In this document: positions 46,560 to 56,305 of the stretch, piece by piece
Position numbering within the stretch: position 1 is the first letter of the stretch
Layout of the letters: each line of letters begins with the position of its first letter
Source of the DNA: Candidatus Limnocylindrales bacterium
Lineage (GTDB): Bacteria > Chloroflexota > Limnocylindria > Limnocylindrales > CSP1-4
Reading direction: 5' to 3'
Assembly: GCA_038239115.1 (NCBI GenBank)
Contig: JBBSFD010000013.1
Span: 2,560 to 66,559, forward strand
Length of the DNA: 64,000 nucleotides
Position numbers and translations under genes: made by a program
The notes under the pieces: generated by a model
Told to the model about the DNA's origin: nothing
What the model saw: only the letters and a program-made list of their open reading frames with translations
Databases searched by the model: none

Positions 46560-47567
46560 ATGGACCCAGAGGCCGGCCGTCTCCCGGTTCCGGAGCCCGA
46601 CCTCTCGGCCGCGCCCGAGGGGTTCCTGGTCGAGATCGGGCCCGGGGAGCGGATCCACTTCCTCGATTGGGGCGGTCCGGCCGCGAGCGGTGCGCCGGAC
46701 CTTGGGCCGGTCCTGGAGCAGCACGGCCGGATCGGGGTCCTGCTGGTCCATGGCCTGAACGCGACGGCCTGGGCCTGGACGCCCGTCGCTCGTCGGATCC
46801 GGCGGGTGAGCCGGACCGTGGCGGTCGACCTGCGCGGCCACGGCCTCTCCGATGCCCCGACGACAGGCTACACGGAGCACCAGCTGGCCGACGACGTGGT
46901 CGCCGTGGCCGAAGGCTCGGGGCTGCTCAGTGAGCCATCGGATCGAGTCGTCCTCGTTGGGCACGGCTTCGGTGCAATGGTGGCCGGCTGGGCCGCCGGC
47001 CGCCTGGGCAGCCGGTGTGCCGGGCTCGTCCTGGTCGACGGTGGCTGGCAGGACGTGGCGACGGAAACGGGCATGACTCCCGCCGAGTGGCTGCGTGGCC
47101 TGGACGAGCCGCCCGAAGTCCTGCGCTCGATGAGCGCCTTCCTGGCCGATCGGCGTGAGTTCGACCCAACGACCTGGGACGCCGACCAGGAGCAGGCCGC
47201 CCGGAGCACGGTGGTCGAGGTGCCGGCCGGCAAGGTGGTCCCAGGCGTGCGCCCGCACGCCTGGGCGGGCTCGGTCGAGGCGATGTTCAGCTACGACCCG
47301 TTCGCGGCCCTGGCCGATCTCGAGCTGCCGGTCGTCGCGGTCGTGGCCGGCGGCGAGGATGCCGCGGACAAGCGCGACGCCCTCGCCCGCCTCCAGCTCG
47401 AGCGCCGCCGCCGCGGCCATGCTCCGATCCGCGTCGTTGACCTGGGCGACGTCGGCCACACCTTGATGCGCTATCGGCCCGTCGACGTCGCGGCGGCGAT
47501 CCTCAGGGCGCTCGGGCGGGCGGCGGTGGCGGCCGAACCGAGCGCAGGGAACCAGCCCGCTCGCTAG
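46560..47567 (+). CDS. alpha/beta-fold protein with Gly at the nucleophile position
   Basis: Start MDPEAGRLPV at 46560. VLLVHGLNATAWAW..VVLVGHGFGAMVAG. The elbow reads G-H-G-F-G. Confidence 0.75.
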   Translation: MDPEAGRLPVPEPDLSAAPEGFLVEIGPGERIHFLDWGGPAASGAPDLGPVLEQHGRIGVLLVHGLNATAWAWTPVARRIRRVSRTVAVDLRGHGLSDAPTTGYTEHQLADDVVAVAEGSGLLSEPSDRVVLVGHGFGAMVAGWAAGRLGSRCAGLVLVDGGWQDVATETGMTPAEWLRGLDEPPEVLRSMSAFLADRREFDPTTWDADQEQAARSTVVEVPAGKVVPGVRPHAWAGSVEAMFSYDPFAALADLELPVVAVVAGGEDAADKRDALARLQLERRRRGHAPIRVVDLGDVGHTLMRYRPVDVAAAILRALGRAAVAAEPSAGNQPAR

Positions 47568-47618
47568 CGCGTCTGTGCTCCGGCCGCTCCTCCGGACCGG
47601 CGACATGGGGAGGTTCCG

Positions 47619-48638
47619 ATGCGCACTCCAACCCAGCCTCGAAGTCGATTCTCCCTGGCGGTCCTGGCGGTGGCGAGCCTGCTCGCCCTGGCCGCCTGCT
47701 CCGGCGCCGCGACAGCCGGCCCGGCCGGCCTGACCTCGACCGACACGAACGGCGGCGCCCCGGCCGCCTTCGGCGGAGCCGTCGACCAGGCCGGCGCCGC
47801 GTCGATCGCCGCCCCCGCCCCGGATCAGCCTGCGGCCAGTGAGGGCGCCGGCCAGGCTCCTGATCCAGGCACGGCAGGCACTCCGGAGACGGACATCGTG
47901 CGCACCGGCTCGATCTCGATCGAGGTGCCCAAGATCGATCCCGCCCTGGACGCGGTCCGCAGCGCGATCACTGGTATGGGTGGCTACGTGAGCGACTCGG
48001 ACCAGTCCAACAGCGCCGACCAGGCCTCGGCCTCGGTGACCTATCGCATCCCCGTCGCGCGCTGGCAGGACGCCCTCGACGCGGTCGAGAAGATCGCGAC
48101 CAAGGTCGACGTGGCTAAATCGAACGCGGTCGAGGTCACCGGCCAGGTCCTCGACCTGGGTGCCCGGATCGACAACCTCCAGACGACCGAGCGGGCCCTC
48201 CAGACGATCATGGGCCAGGCCACCAAGATCGCCGACATCCTGGCCGTCGAGGGCCAGCTGAGCGACGTCCAGGGCCAGATCGAACAGCTCTCGACCCAGC
48301 AGGCGCACCTCAAGGACCAGGCGGCCCTGGCGACGTTGAGCGTCAGCTTTGCCCTGCCGCCGACCGAGGCCGTGGTCCAGACCTCGCGCGGCTGGGATCC
48401 TGGGGCGCAGCTCGACCAGGCCAGCGCCGCGCTGCTTGGCCTGGGCCAGGCGGTCGCCTCGGCCGGGATCTGGCTGGTCGTCGTCGGCATCCCGGTCGCC
48501 CTCGTGGTCCTGCTCGTGGGCGGCCTGGCCTGGTTCGTGGCCCGGCGGGTTCGTCGAGCAGCCCCGGCCGGCCCCATCGGCAGTCCGCCGGCAAGCCCGC
48601 CAGCTTTACCGCCCGCCTTGCCGCCCGCCGTGAGCTGA
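47619..48638 (+). CDS. DUF4349 domain lipoprotein
   Basis: Lipobox LLALAAC. Coiled-coil core (QVLDLGARIDNLQTTERALQTIMGQATKIADILAVEGQLSDVQGQIEQL). C-terminal TM helices. Confidence 0.8.
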   Translation: MRTPTQPRSRFSLAVLAVASLLALAACSGAATAGPAGLTSTDTNGGAPAAFGGAVDQAGAASIAAPAPDQPAASEGAGQAPDPGTAGTPETDIVRTGSISIEVPKIDPALDAVRSAITGMGGYVSDSDQSNSADQASASVTYRIPVARWQDALDAVEKIATKVDVAKSNAVEVTGQVLDLGARIDNLQTTERALQTIMGQATKIADILAVEGQLSDVQGQIEQLSTQQAHLKDQAALATLSVSFALPPTEAVVQTSRGWDPGAQLDQASAALLGLGQAVASAGIWLVVVGIPVALVVLLVGGLAWFVARRVRRAAPAGPIGSPPASPPALPPALPPAVS

Positions 48639-48662
48639 GTCGGACGCCAACGATCGGGGTAC

Positions 48663-48692
48663 GATCGCGGCCCACGTTCAGGAGCCGCGATC
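48663..48692 (+). promoter_or_regulatory. hairpin presenting an AGGAG in its loop immediately upstream of a 15-codon ORF that is in frame with folE
   Basis: GATCGCGG-CCCACGTTCAGGAG-CCGCGATC, then ATG at 48693. TAG at 48738. The folE GTG at 48786 is in the same frame. Confidence 0.4.
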
Positions 48693-48785
48693 ATGCCCAG
48701 CCTGCCCCAAAACGTTCGCGCGATCGTCAGCGAGATCTAGAGCGACCAGGTCGATGACCTGGCCGCCGGCTCGCCCGACGGCCGC

Positions 48786-49346
48786 GTGCTCGAGGCGGCC
48801 GTCCGGGACATCCTCTCCGAGATCGGCGAGGACCCCCATCGGGAGGGCCTGCGCCGGACACCCGGCCGGGTCGACCGGATGTACCGCGAGCTGACCGCCG
48901 GCTATCACGTCGATCCCGAGCGGCTGATCAACGGCGCAATCTTCGCGGTCGACTACAACGAGATGGTCGTGGTCAAGGGCATCGAGTTCTACTCGCTGTG
49001 TGAGCATCATCTCCTGCCCTTCTTCGGGACGGTGGCAGTCGGCTACCTGCCCCACGAGCGGGTCATCGGCCTTTCGAAGATCCCCCGGATCGTCGAGATG
49101 TATGCCCGCCGGCTGCAGGTCCAGGAGCGCCTCACCCAGGAGATCGCCGAGTTCCTGATGGACCGGATCGAGCCGTACGGGGTGGGCGTGGTGATCGAGG
49201 CCCAGCACATGTGCACGGCCATGCGCGGCGTGCGCAAGGGCGGGGCGACGATGGTGACGAGCGCCGTCCTGGGCCAGTTCCGGCGGAGCCAGCGGACCCG
49301 CGAGGAGTTCCTGGCCCACCTCGAGCGAGGCGACAACCGGCACTGA
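48786..49346 (+). CDS. folE: GTP cyclohydrolase I
   Basis: 186 aa. Motifs [25 protein letters not shown] and QERLTQEIA. Confidence 0.92.
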   Translation: MLEAAVRDILSEIGEDPHREGLRRTPGRVDRMYRELTAGYHVDPERLINGAIFAVDYNEMVVVKGIEFYSLCEHHLLPFFGTVAVGYLPHERVIGLSKIPRIVEMYARRLQVQERLTQEIAEFLMDRIEPYGVGVVIEAQHMCTAMRGVRKGGATMVTSAVLGQFRRSQRTREEFLAHLERGDNRH

Positions 49347-49380
49347 GGGCCGCGCCGGGTTGCCGAACCCGGATCCCGGA

Positions 49381-49546
49381 GCTATCTCCTGGCGAGATCA
49401 AATCGGCCGAATCCGTCGGGGCCGACGGTCTGCGAGCGATCGATTTCGCCGAATCGATCTCCCCAGGAGATCAGGACGGCCAATTCGCTCGAGCAGGGGG
49501 CCGGCAGATCCAATGAATCGGCCGATTTGACCCCTGGGGAGATACC
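49381..49546. repeat. composite inverted-repeat element with nested hairpins in a convergent intergenic region
   Basis: Left arm TATCTCC..TCAAATCGGCCGAATC (49384-49413). Right arm GAATCGGCCGATTTGA..GGAGATA (49515-49544). Internal hairpins at 49413-49428 and 49438-49459. A related central unit lies at 49457-49486. Confidence 0.6.
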
Positions 49547-49610
49547 GCGCCCTGCAGCCATAGGGGCGGCCCCGGGACCCGAGCACCGCGCCTCGGCCGG
49601 CCGTCGGCGC

Positions 49611-50783
49611 CTAGCGGGTATCGATCGTCAGCCGGTTCGCTCCGCCGCTCAGGTCGATCTCGTAGCGGTTGGTCGAGGCAGTGAAGCCCTTCGTCTCGAA
49701 CGCGACCTCGCCACGCTGCGCCGGACCGGTCTGGTCGAAGGTCACGTCGCCCCGGCCATGGACCTGCTTGCCATCGACGCTGACCTTGTTGGCTCCGCCT
49801 CGGATCCGCAGGCGGATGCTCGTTCCGGCGGGGCGGTGGAGGGCGAGGTCGTTGGCCCCGCCGCTGACCCGGATGGGCACGACAGCCCGGGGCCGGGGCA
49901 GGCTGAGGTCCACCTTGCTGACGCCGCCGGTCGCTTCGAGGCCGGCCAGCTCGAGCTCGGCCAGGTCGCCGGTCAGGCGCGACACGCCGCCGCGCAGCTC
50001 GACCGACCAGGGGACCGCCGCGTTCAGGGCGATATCGGCCCGGTCATCGCGCCAGTGGGCGGACGCCTCGAGGAGCTGCCCCCCGATCTGGGTCCGCCAC
50101 TCGAACCATGACAGCCGCCCGTAGCGGATCGTGACCATGCCGTCGCGCACCCGGACCTTGGGGATCGCCCCCTTGAACTGCGCCCGATAGAGCGATTCGA
50201 GCGTGCGATCGCCGCGCAGCGTCACGTACGGCGCCCCGGACACGAACACCAGCCGGCCGCTGGTCGTCGCTCCGAGCGGCGCGACCGACGACGCGTCCCG
50301 GCCGGACCCGGCGACCTGCTCGGTCACGCCCGAGGTGGCTGCCCGGCCGGCGGCCAGTGACTCCTCGAGGTAGCCCCGGACGAGCTCGAGGTCGTGGTCG
50401 GAGTAGTGCTCGATCGCCCCCTGGGTGGCGCTGCGCAGGGCCGCGTAGTGCTCCTCGACGGCGCGAATCCGCTCGGCGATCGGCTCGACGATGACCCGCC
50501 GGCGATCGGCCGGATCGGGCGTCCGCCGGACGAAGCCGGACTGCTCGAGGCGATCGATCATGCGGGTCGCCGCGCCCGTGGTCAGCCCGGTCAGCTCGGC
50601 GATCTGGCCAGCCGTGGCCCGGCCCAGCGTCGACAGCTGCTCGAGGGCCTCGACGTCGGTCAGGGCCAGGCCCAGCCGATCGGCCACGGCCTGGCTGAAC
50701 AGGATCCCCTGGCCGGTCATCTTGCGCGTGGCCAGTAGGACCGCGCCGAGCAGCTCGGCTCGGCTGGATTTCCCGGTTGACAT
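49611..50783 (-). CDS. MarR-family HTH fused to a C-terminal beta-rich repeat domain (DUF4097/LiaG-like)
   Basis: Last 390 codons of the 738-aa track ORF. MarR core is LSTLGRATAGQIAELTGLTTGAATRMIDRLEQSGFVRR. The C-terminal half carries repeated GGxxxxxxD/GGAN strands (RGGVSRLTGD, SGGANDLALH, RGGANKVSVD, SGGANRLTID). Confidence 0.75.
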   Translation of the reverse strand: MSTGKSSRAELLGAVLLATRKMTGQGILFSQAVADRLGLALTDVEALEQLSTLGRATAGQIAELTGLTTGAATRMIDRLEQSGFVRRTPDPADRRRVIVEPIAERIRAVEEHYAALRSATQGAIEHYSDHDLELVRGYLEESLAAGRAATSGVTEQVAGSGRDASSVAPLGATTSGRLVFVSGAPYVTLRGDRTLESLYRAQFKGAIPKVRVRDGMVTIRYGRLSWFEWRTQIGGQLLEASAHWRDDRADIALNAAVPWSVELRGGVSRLTGDLAELELAGLEATGGVSKVDLSLPRPRAVVPIRVSGGANDLALHRPAGTSIRLRIRGGANKVSVDGKQVHGRGDVTFDQTGPAQRGEVAFETKGFTASTNRYEIDLSGGANRLTIDTR

Positions 50784-50804
50784 GCGATTGCTCCTCTGAC
50801 TATT

Positions 50805-50821
50805 ATCTGCACAGTGCAGAT
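50805..50821. promoter_or_regulatory. perfect 8-1-8 palindrome, candidate MarR operator in divergent promoter region
   Basis: ATCTGCAC-A-GTGCAGAT lies in the AT-rich 90-nt gap between the MarR-fusion gene and the ABC ATPase gene. Confidence 0.5.
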
Positions 50822-50873
50822 GTATAGTAGCGCAACAAGCAAACGATAGCAGGCCCAAGGATCGGAGGATCGA

Positions 50874-51872
50874 GTGACGAGCAAGACGAACGCCGGCGAA
50901 AGTCCCAGGGAGGTCGCCATTGAGGCGGTCGACCTCGTGAAGACCTATCCCAACGATATCCGCGCGTTGGACGGCATCAGCCTGGCCGTGGAGGCCGGCA
51001 CGATCTTCGGTCTGCTCGGCCCCAACGGGGCGGGGAAGTCGACGACGGTCAAGATCCTGACCACGCTGTCGCGGGCCGACAGTGGCCGGGCTGCTGTCAT
51101 GGGCATCGATGTCGACCGGCAGCCGGACCGAGTCCGACGGATGATCGGCCTCGTTGGGCAGCACGGTGCCGTTGATTCGGAGGCCACGGGACGCGAGAAC
51201 CTCGTCCTCGAGGGCCGCTTGTTCGGGATGTCCGGGGCTTCGCTCAAGCGACGAGTCGACGAATTGCTCGATCGGTTCGGCGTGGCCGAGGCGGCCGACC
51301 GGATCGTCAAGACCTGGTCGGGCGGGATGCAGCGCAAGCTCGACGTCGCCTCCGGCCTCGTCCATCAGCCGCGTGTCCTGTTCCTCGACGAGCCGACCAC
51401 CGGCCTCGATCCAGAGGCCCGGGCCGACCTGTGGGCAGAGGTTCTGCGGTTGTCGGATGAGGGCCTGACGATCCTGCTTACGACCCACTACCTCGAGGAG
51501 GCCGATCGGCTGGCCGGCCAGGTCGCGATCATCGACCGCGGCCGGATCGTTGCCCGGGGAACGCCCGAGGCGCTGAAGTCCGAGCTGCGCGGCGACGCGA
51601 TCGTGGTCGAGCTGAGCGACTCGGTCCGGAACGGCCACGCGGCGGCCGTCCTCGAGCTGCTCGACGGTGTGCATGAGCCGTCGATCGCCGGGCGGACCCT
51701 GCGCGCCCGGGCCGACGACGGCGCCCGTTCGGTCCCGGCCGTCCTGGCGGCGCTCGACGCCGCGGGCGTTGGGGTCGCCTCCGTCACTGTCGCCCGTCCA
51801 TCCCTCGACGACGTCTATCTCCGACACACCGGCCGGGCCTATCGCCCGGAGAACCAGGAGGCAACCCGATGA
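50874..51872 (+). CDS. ABC transporter ATP-binding protein (DrrA-like)
   Basis: GPNGAGKST, WSGGMQRKL, LFLDEPTTGLD. Confidence 0.9.
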   Translation: MTSKTNAGESPREVAIEAVDLVKTYPNDIRALDGISLAVEAGTIFGLLGPNGAGKSTTVKILTTLSRADSGRAAVMGIDVDRQPDRVRRMIGLVGQHGAVDSEATGRENLVLEGRLFGMSGASLKRRVDELLDRFGVAEAADRIVKTWSGGMQRKLDVASGLVHQPRVLFLDEPTTGLDPEARADLWAEVLRLSDEGLTILLTTHYLEEADRLAGQVAIIDRGRIVARGTPEALKSELRGDAIVVELSDSVRNGHAAAVLELLDGVHEPSIAGRTLRARADDGARSVPAVLAALDAAGVGVASVTVARPSLDDVYLRHTGRAYRPENQEATR

Positions 51873-52645
51873 CCGTGCTCGCCCAATCCGCTTACCTGAC
51901 CGGCCGCCACCTGCGCTTCTTCCTGCGCCAGCCGTGGTTCATCGGGATCAGCCTGGTCCAGCCGGTGATCTGGTTGCTTCTCTTCGGGGCACTTTTCCAG
52001 AACGTCGTCCAGATCCCTGGCTTCACGGTCGGCACCAGCTACATCGACTACATCGTGCCGGGCGTGCTCGTGATGACCGCCCTGTTCTCGTGCGGCTGGA
52101 GCGGCATGTCGATCATCGAGGACCTCGATCGCTCGATCATGGACCGGCTCCTGGCGACGCCGATCCACCGCAGCGCGATCATCGTCGGCCTCAACCTGTA
52201 CTCCCTCGTCTCGTTCGGGATCCAGGCCCTGATCATCGGCGGCCTGGCGCTCATCCTGGGAGCACGTTTCCCGGGCGGCCTGCTCGGTTACGCCGTCCTG
52301 ACCGTGTGCGCGATGCTGGTCGGGGCAACGGTCGCCGCGTTCTCCGACGCGATGGCCCTCCTTCTTCGCCAGCGCGAATCGGTCATCGGGATCAATACCC
52401 TGCTGACCCTGCCCCTGACGTTCCTGTCGGGCGCATTCATGCCCCTCGCGCTCGTTCCGGCCTGGATCGGGACGGTCGCGACGTTCAACCCCGTGAACTG
52501 GGCCGTCGCCGCCGGCCGCGAGGCGCTCACTGCCAGCCCCGACTGGTCGTTTGTGCTGATCCGGATGGCGCTCCTAGTCGGCCTGGCCGCGCTGGCCACC
52601 GCCTGGGCCACCCGGACCTTCCGGGCCTACCAGCGCTCGATCTAG
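51869..52645 (+). CDS. ABC-2 family transporter permease (DrrB-like)
   Basis: 258 aa, six hydrophobic segments. A 4-nt overlap with the ATPase gene. Confidence 0.85.
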   Translation: MTVLAQSAYLTGRHLRFFLRQPWFIGISLVQPVIWLLLFGALFQNVVQIPGFTVGTSYIDYIVPGVLVMTALFSCGWSGMSIIEDLDRSIMDRLLATPIHRSAIIVGLNLYSLVSFGIQALIIGGLALILGARFPGGLLGYAVLTVCAMLVGATVAAFSDAMALLLRQRESVIGINTLLTLPLTFLSGAFMPLALVPAWIGTVATFNPVNWAVAAGREALTASPDWSFVLIRMALLVGLAALATAWATRTFRAYQRSI

Positions 52646-52693
52646 TCGAGCGGGCCCGAGATCGGCCGGAAGCGGGCAGCCTACAATCGGGGC

Positions 52694-53098
52694 ATGACCG
52701 ATCGGCCGATCAAGGTGCTCATCGCCAAGCCGGGCCTCGACGGCCACGATCGCGGCGCGAAGGTCCTCGCCCGGGGCCTGCGCGACGAGGGCTTCGAGGT
52801 CGTCTACACGGGCCTCCGCCAGACGCCCGAGATGGTCGCCACGGCGGCCCTCCAGGAGGACGTCGACATCGTCGGCCTGTCGATCCTGTCCGGGGCGCAC
52901 ATGACCCTGGTACCGCGGATCTGCCAGCTGCTCCGTGACGAGGGCCTGACCGACGTGCTGGTATCGGTCGGCGGGATCATCCCCGACGACGACATCCCGG
53001 CCCTCAAGGCGGCCGGGGTGAGCGCCGTCTTCGGGCCGGGCACCACGATCGGCGAGGTGGCCACGTTCTTCCGGGCGAACGCCCGACCGCGCGACTAG
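52694..53098 (+). CDS. cobalamin-binding small subunit of acyl-CoA mutase
   Basis: 134 aa. B12-binding DxHxxG motif ([10 protein letters not shown]). Confidence 0.9.
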   Translation: MTDRPIKVLIAKPGLDGHDRGAKVLARGLRDEGFEVVYTGLRQTPEMVATAALQEDVDIVGLSILSGAHMTLVPRICQLLRDEGLTDVLVSVGGIIPDDDIPALKAAGVSAVFGPGTTIGEVATFFRANARPRD

Positions 53099-53099
53099 C

Positions 53100-54104
53100 G
53101 TGGCGGCGCCGGCCGGCGGTCCGGCCAGGGCAACCGCTTCAGCCCGCGCGGAGGAGCTCTCGGTTGCCGCGCTGGCCGGGGACCGGCACTCCCTGGCTCA
53201 GCTCCTGACCGCAGTCGAGAATCGAACGGCCGTGGCCGAGGCCGCCCTGCGCCGGCTCTATCCGATTGCCGGCCGGGCCCACCTTGTGGGCATCACCGGG
53301 CCGCCCGGCGCCGGCAAGAGCACGCTCGTGGCGGCCCTCGTCGGCGAGCTGCGTCGGAACGGTCGGACGGTCGCGGTTGTGGCCGTCGACCCTTCCAGCC
53401 CGATCACTGGCGGGGCGATCCTGGGCGACCGGGTCCGAATGCAGGCGTATGCCGGCGACCGTGACGTGTTCATTCGCTCGATGGCCGCCCGCGGCCACGC
53501 CGGCGGCCTGGCCTCGACGACCGGCGCGGCCTGCGCCGTGTTCGACGCGGTCGGCTTCGAGATCGTCCTGATCGAGACCGTCGGCACGGGCCAGAGCGAG
53601 GTCGAGGTGGCCGCGGCGGCCGACACGACGGTCGTCCTCGAGGCGCCCGAGATGGGCGACGAGGTCCAGGCGATCAAGGCCGGCCTGCTCGAAGTGGCCG
53701 ACCTGGTCGTGGTCAACAAGGGCGACCGGCCCGGGGCGCAGCGGACCGCCAGCCAGCTCCGGGCGATGCTCGGTGGCGGCCGGCGCGGCGTGCACGGTCC
53801 GCCCGTCCTGATCACGACCGCTGCGACTGGCGCCGGGATCCCCGAGCTCCTGGTCGCGATCGACCGCCGGCGCGAGAGCGGCGCGCTGGCCGATGACGGC
53901 GAAGCCCGCCTGGCCCGGGCCGATGCCGAGGTCCGGGGTGCCCTGGCCGACCGGCTCGGTCGGCTCATGCGCGAGCCTGGCTCGGCGGCCGCAACCCAAG
54001 CGGCGGTCCGGGCGGTGGCCGCCCACGAGATCGATCCCTACACCGCCGCCGACGACCTGCTCGGATCAATCGCCGCCGGACTCGGCGGCCGCCCGCCGCG
54101 CTAG
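53100..54104 (+). CDS. meaB: methylmalonyl-CoA mutase-associated G-protein chaperone
   Basis: P-loop GPPGAGKST, then ETVGTGQSE and NKGD. Confidence 0.9.
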   Translation: MAAPAGGPARATASARAEELSVAALAGDRHSLAQLLTAVENRTAVAEAALRRLYPIAGRAHLVGITGPPGAGKSTLVAALVGELRRNGRTVAVVAVDPSSPITGGAILGDRVRMQAYAGDRDVFIRSMAARGHAGGLASTTGAACAVFDAVGFEIVLIETVGTGQSEVEVAAAADTTVVLEAPEMGDEVQAIKAGLLEVADLVVVNKGDRPGAQRTASQLRAMLGGGRRGVHGPPVLITTAATGAGIPELLVAIDRRRESGALADDGEARLARADAEVRGALADRLGRLMREPGSAAATQAAVRAVAAHEIDPYTAADDLLGSIAAGLGGRPPR

Positions 54105-54113
54105 GCTGTCCCG

Positions 54114-55007
54114 ATGAGCATCGAGAGAGTCTTCGTGGCCGGGGCGGGGTTGATGGGCCATGGCATCGCCCAGGTCCAGGCCGTGATCGGCAAGCGGGTG
54201 ATGCTGTACGAGCCGGACCTGGCCCGGGCGGTTGCCGGCCGCGATCGAATCGCGGGCAACCTCGATCGATCTGTGGCCAAGGGCCAGCTCGACGCCGCCG
54301 CTCGGGATGCCGCCCTGGCCCTGATCGAGCCCACCGACCGGCTGGCCGACGTGGCCGCCGCCGACCTCGTGATCGAGGCGGTCTTCGAGGATCTCGGGGT
54401 CAAGCAGGCGCTGTGGGGCGAGATCGATCGGCACGCCCGGCCCCAAGCGATCTTCGCGTCGAACACGAGCTCGATCGCGATCGCGACGCTGGCGGAGGCG
54501 GTCTCCGCCGCGCGCCGGCCGCGGTTCGTGGGGATGCATTTCTTCAGCCCTGTGCCGGTCATGCGGCTGGTCGAGCTGATCCGGAGCTCCGAGACGTCGG
54601 ACGCCACGGAGGCCTCGATCCGCGGGCTTGTGGCCGAGCTGGAAGCCCACGGCCGCGATCGCGACGGGGCCAAGCCGTGGGTGATGATCGTCTCGGCCGA
54701 TCGGCCGGGCTTCATCGTCAACCGGATCCTGATGCCGTTCCTGGCCGAGGCGATCCGCGCCCTCGAGGAAGGGCTGGGCACGGCCGAGGACATCGACACG
54801 GGTGCGAAGCGCGGCTTGAACCACCCGATGGGGCCGCTCGAGCTGGCCGACTTCATCGGCCTCGATGTCTGCCTGGGCGTCATGCGAGTGCTCCACGCCG
54901 GCCTCGGCGACGAGCGCTTTGCCCCGCCGCGCACGCTCGACGAGCTCGTGGCAGCGGGTCACCTCGGCCAGAAGACGGGCCGCGGCTTCTACACCTACCC
55001 GCGCTGA
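54114..55007 (+). CDS. 3-hydroxyacyl/3-hydroxybutyryl-CoA dehydrogenase
   Basis: VFVAGAGLMGHGIAQ, SNTSS, PGFIVNRIL, and the C-terminal domain NHPMGPLELADFIGLD. Confidence 0.9.
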   Translation: MSIERVFVAGAGLMGHGIAQVQAVIGKRVMLYEPDLARAVAGRDRIAGNLDRSVAKGQLDAAARDAALALIEPTDRLADVAAADLVIEAVFEDLGVKQALWGEIDRHARPQAIFASNTSSIAIATLAEAVSAARRPRFVGMHFFSPVPVMRLVELIRSSETSDATEASIRGLVAELEAHGRDRDGAKPWVMIVSADRPGFIVNRILMPFLAEAIRALEEGLGTAEDIDTGAKRGLNHPMGPLELADFIGLDVCLGVMRVLHAGLGDERFAPPRTLDELVAAGHLGQKTGRGFYTYPR

Positions 55008-55054
55008 TCGGCGCACCGCGGGGGCCTGAGCACGGGCCGGTGTAGATTCGAGGC

Positions 55055-56305
55055 ATGCCCGAAGTCCCTGCCAGCCCCAACGGCCATGTCTATATCGTCA
55101 GCGCCCAGCGCACCCCCATCGGCAAGTTCGGCGGCGCCCTGAGCGGCGTTACCGCGACCGAGCTCGGCGGGGTCGCGATCCGGGCCGCGGTCGAACGGGC
55201 CGGGCTGCCGGCCGGAACGCCGATCGACGAGGTCCTGATGGGGCAGGTCCTCCAGGGCGGTGCGGGCCAGGCGCCGGCTCGCCAGGCTGCCCTGGCCGGT
55301 GGCTTGCCCGACACGACCAGCGCAACCACGATCAACCGGGTCTGCGGCTCGGGCCTCAAATCAATCATGCTGGCCGCCGCCGAGATCACGGCCGGTGACG
55401 CCCGGGTGGCCGTCGGGGGCGGCATGGAGAGCATGAACCGCGCGCCCTACCTGCTGAACGGCGCTCGCTTCGGCTACCGCCTCGGTGACGGGACCTTGGT
55501 CGACTCGACGATCCACGACGGACTGTGGTGCGCCTTCGAGAACTGCCACATGGGCACCCACGCCGAGCGGGTCGCGATCCACGATGCGGTCAGCCGCGAG
55601 GACCAGGACGCCTTCGCTCTGCGCAGCCACGAGCGGGCTATCGCGGCCATCGATGGCGGCCGGTTTGATGCCGAGATGGCCCCGGTCACGGTGCGCGACG
55701 CCAAGGGCCGAGAGACCGTGATCTCGGTTGACGAGGGCCCTCGGCGCGATTCGTCGCTGGAGGTGCTCGCTCGGCTCAAGCCCGTCTTCCCGCTGCCGGA
55801 CGGCCCGGACCGGGGCTCGGCCACGGATGGGACCGTGACCGCCGGCAATGCCCCGGGGATCACCGACGGCGCGGCGGCCACGGTCGTGGCCAGCGAGCGC
55901 GCGGTCGAGCAGCTCGGGCTCAAGCCGCTGGCCCGGATCATCGGCTACAGCCAGGCCGAGGTCGCCCCGAAGTGGCTGTTCCTGGCGCCGGTCACCGGCG
56001 TACGCCGCTTGCTCGAGCGGATCGAGATGCCGATCGAGGCGTTCGACCTGATCGAGATCAACGAGGCCTTCGCGGCCCAGACCCTGGCCGATGGCCGCGA
56101 GCTGGGCTTCGACTGGTCGAAGGTCAACGTCAATGGCGGTGCGATCGCGCTGGGCCATCCAATCGGCGCCAGCGGTGCCCGGATCGTGGCCACGCTCCTG
56201 CACGAGCTCGAACGGCGCGCCGGCCGTTACGGCCTGGCCACCCTGTGCCTGGGCGGCGGTGGCTCGGTCGCCGTGGCCTTCGAGCGGATGCCGTCGAATG
56301 GCTGA
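55055..56305 (+). CDS. acetyl-CoA C-acetyltransferase (thiolase II)
   Basis: Active-site Cys in INRVCGSGL; [17 protein letters not shown]; CLGGGGSVA. Confidence 0.92.
   Translation: MPEVPASPNGHVYIVSAQRTPIGKFGGALSGVTATELGGVAIRAAVERAGLPAGTPIDEVLMGQVLQGGAGQAPARQAALAGGLPDTTSATTINRVCGSGLKSIMLAAAEITAGDARVAVGGGMESMNRAPYLLNGARFGYRLGDGTLVDSTIHDGLWCAFENCHMGTHAERVAIHDAVSREDQDAFALRSHERAIAAIDGGRFDAEMAPVTVRDAKGRETVISVDEGPRRDSSLEVLARLKPVFPLPDGPDRGSATDGTVTAGNAPGITDGAAATVVASERAVEQLGLKPLARIIGYSQAEVAPKWLFLAPVTGVRRLLERIEMPIEAFDLIEINEAFAAQTLADGRELGFDWSKVNVNGGAIALGHPIGASGARIVATLLHELERRAGRYGLATLCLGGGGSVAVAFERMPSNG

Noticed and set aside
48640-48785. Possible folate (THF) or other riboswitch upstream of folE
   Set aside because: I see only one simple hairpin around the SD sequence. 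I cannot reproduce any riboswitch consensus from memory, so it is left as an unexplained leader (see the folE finding).
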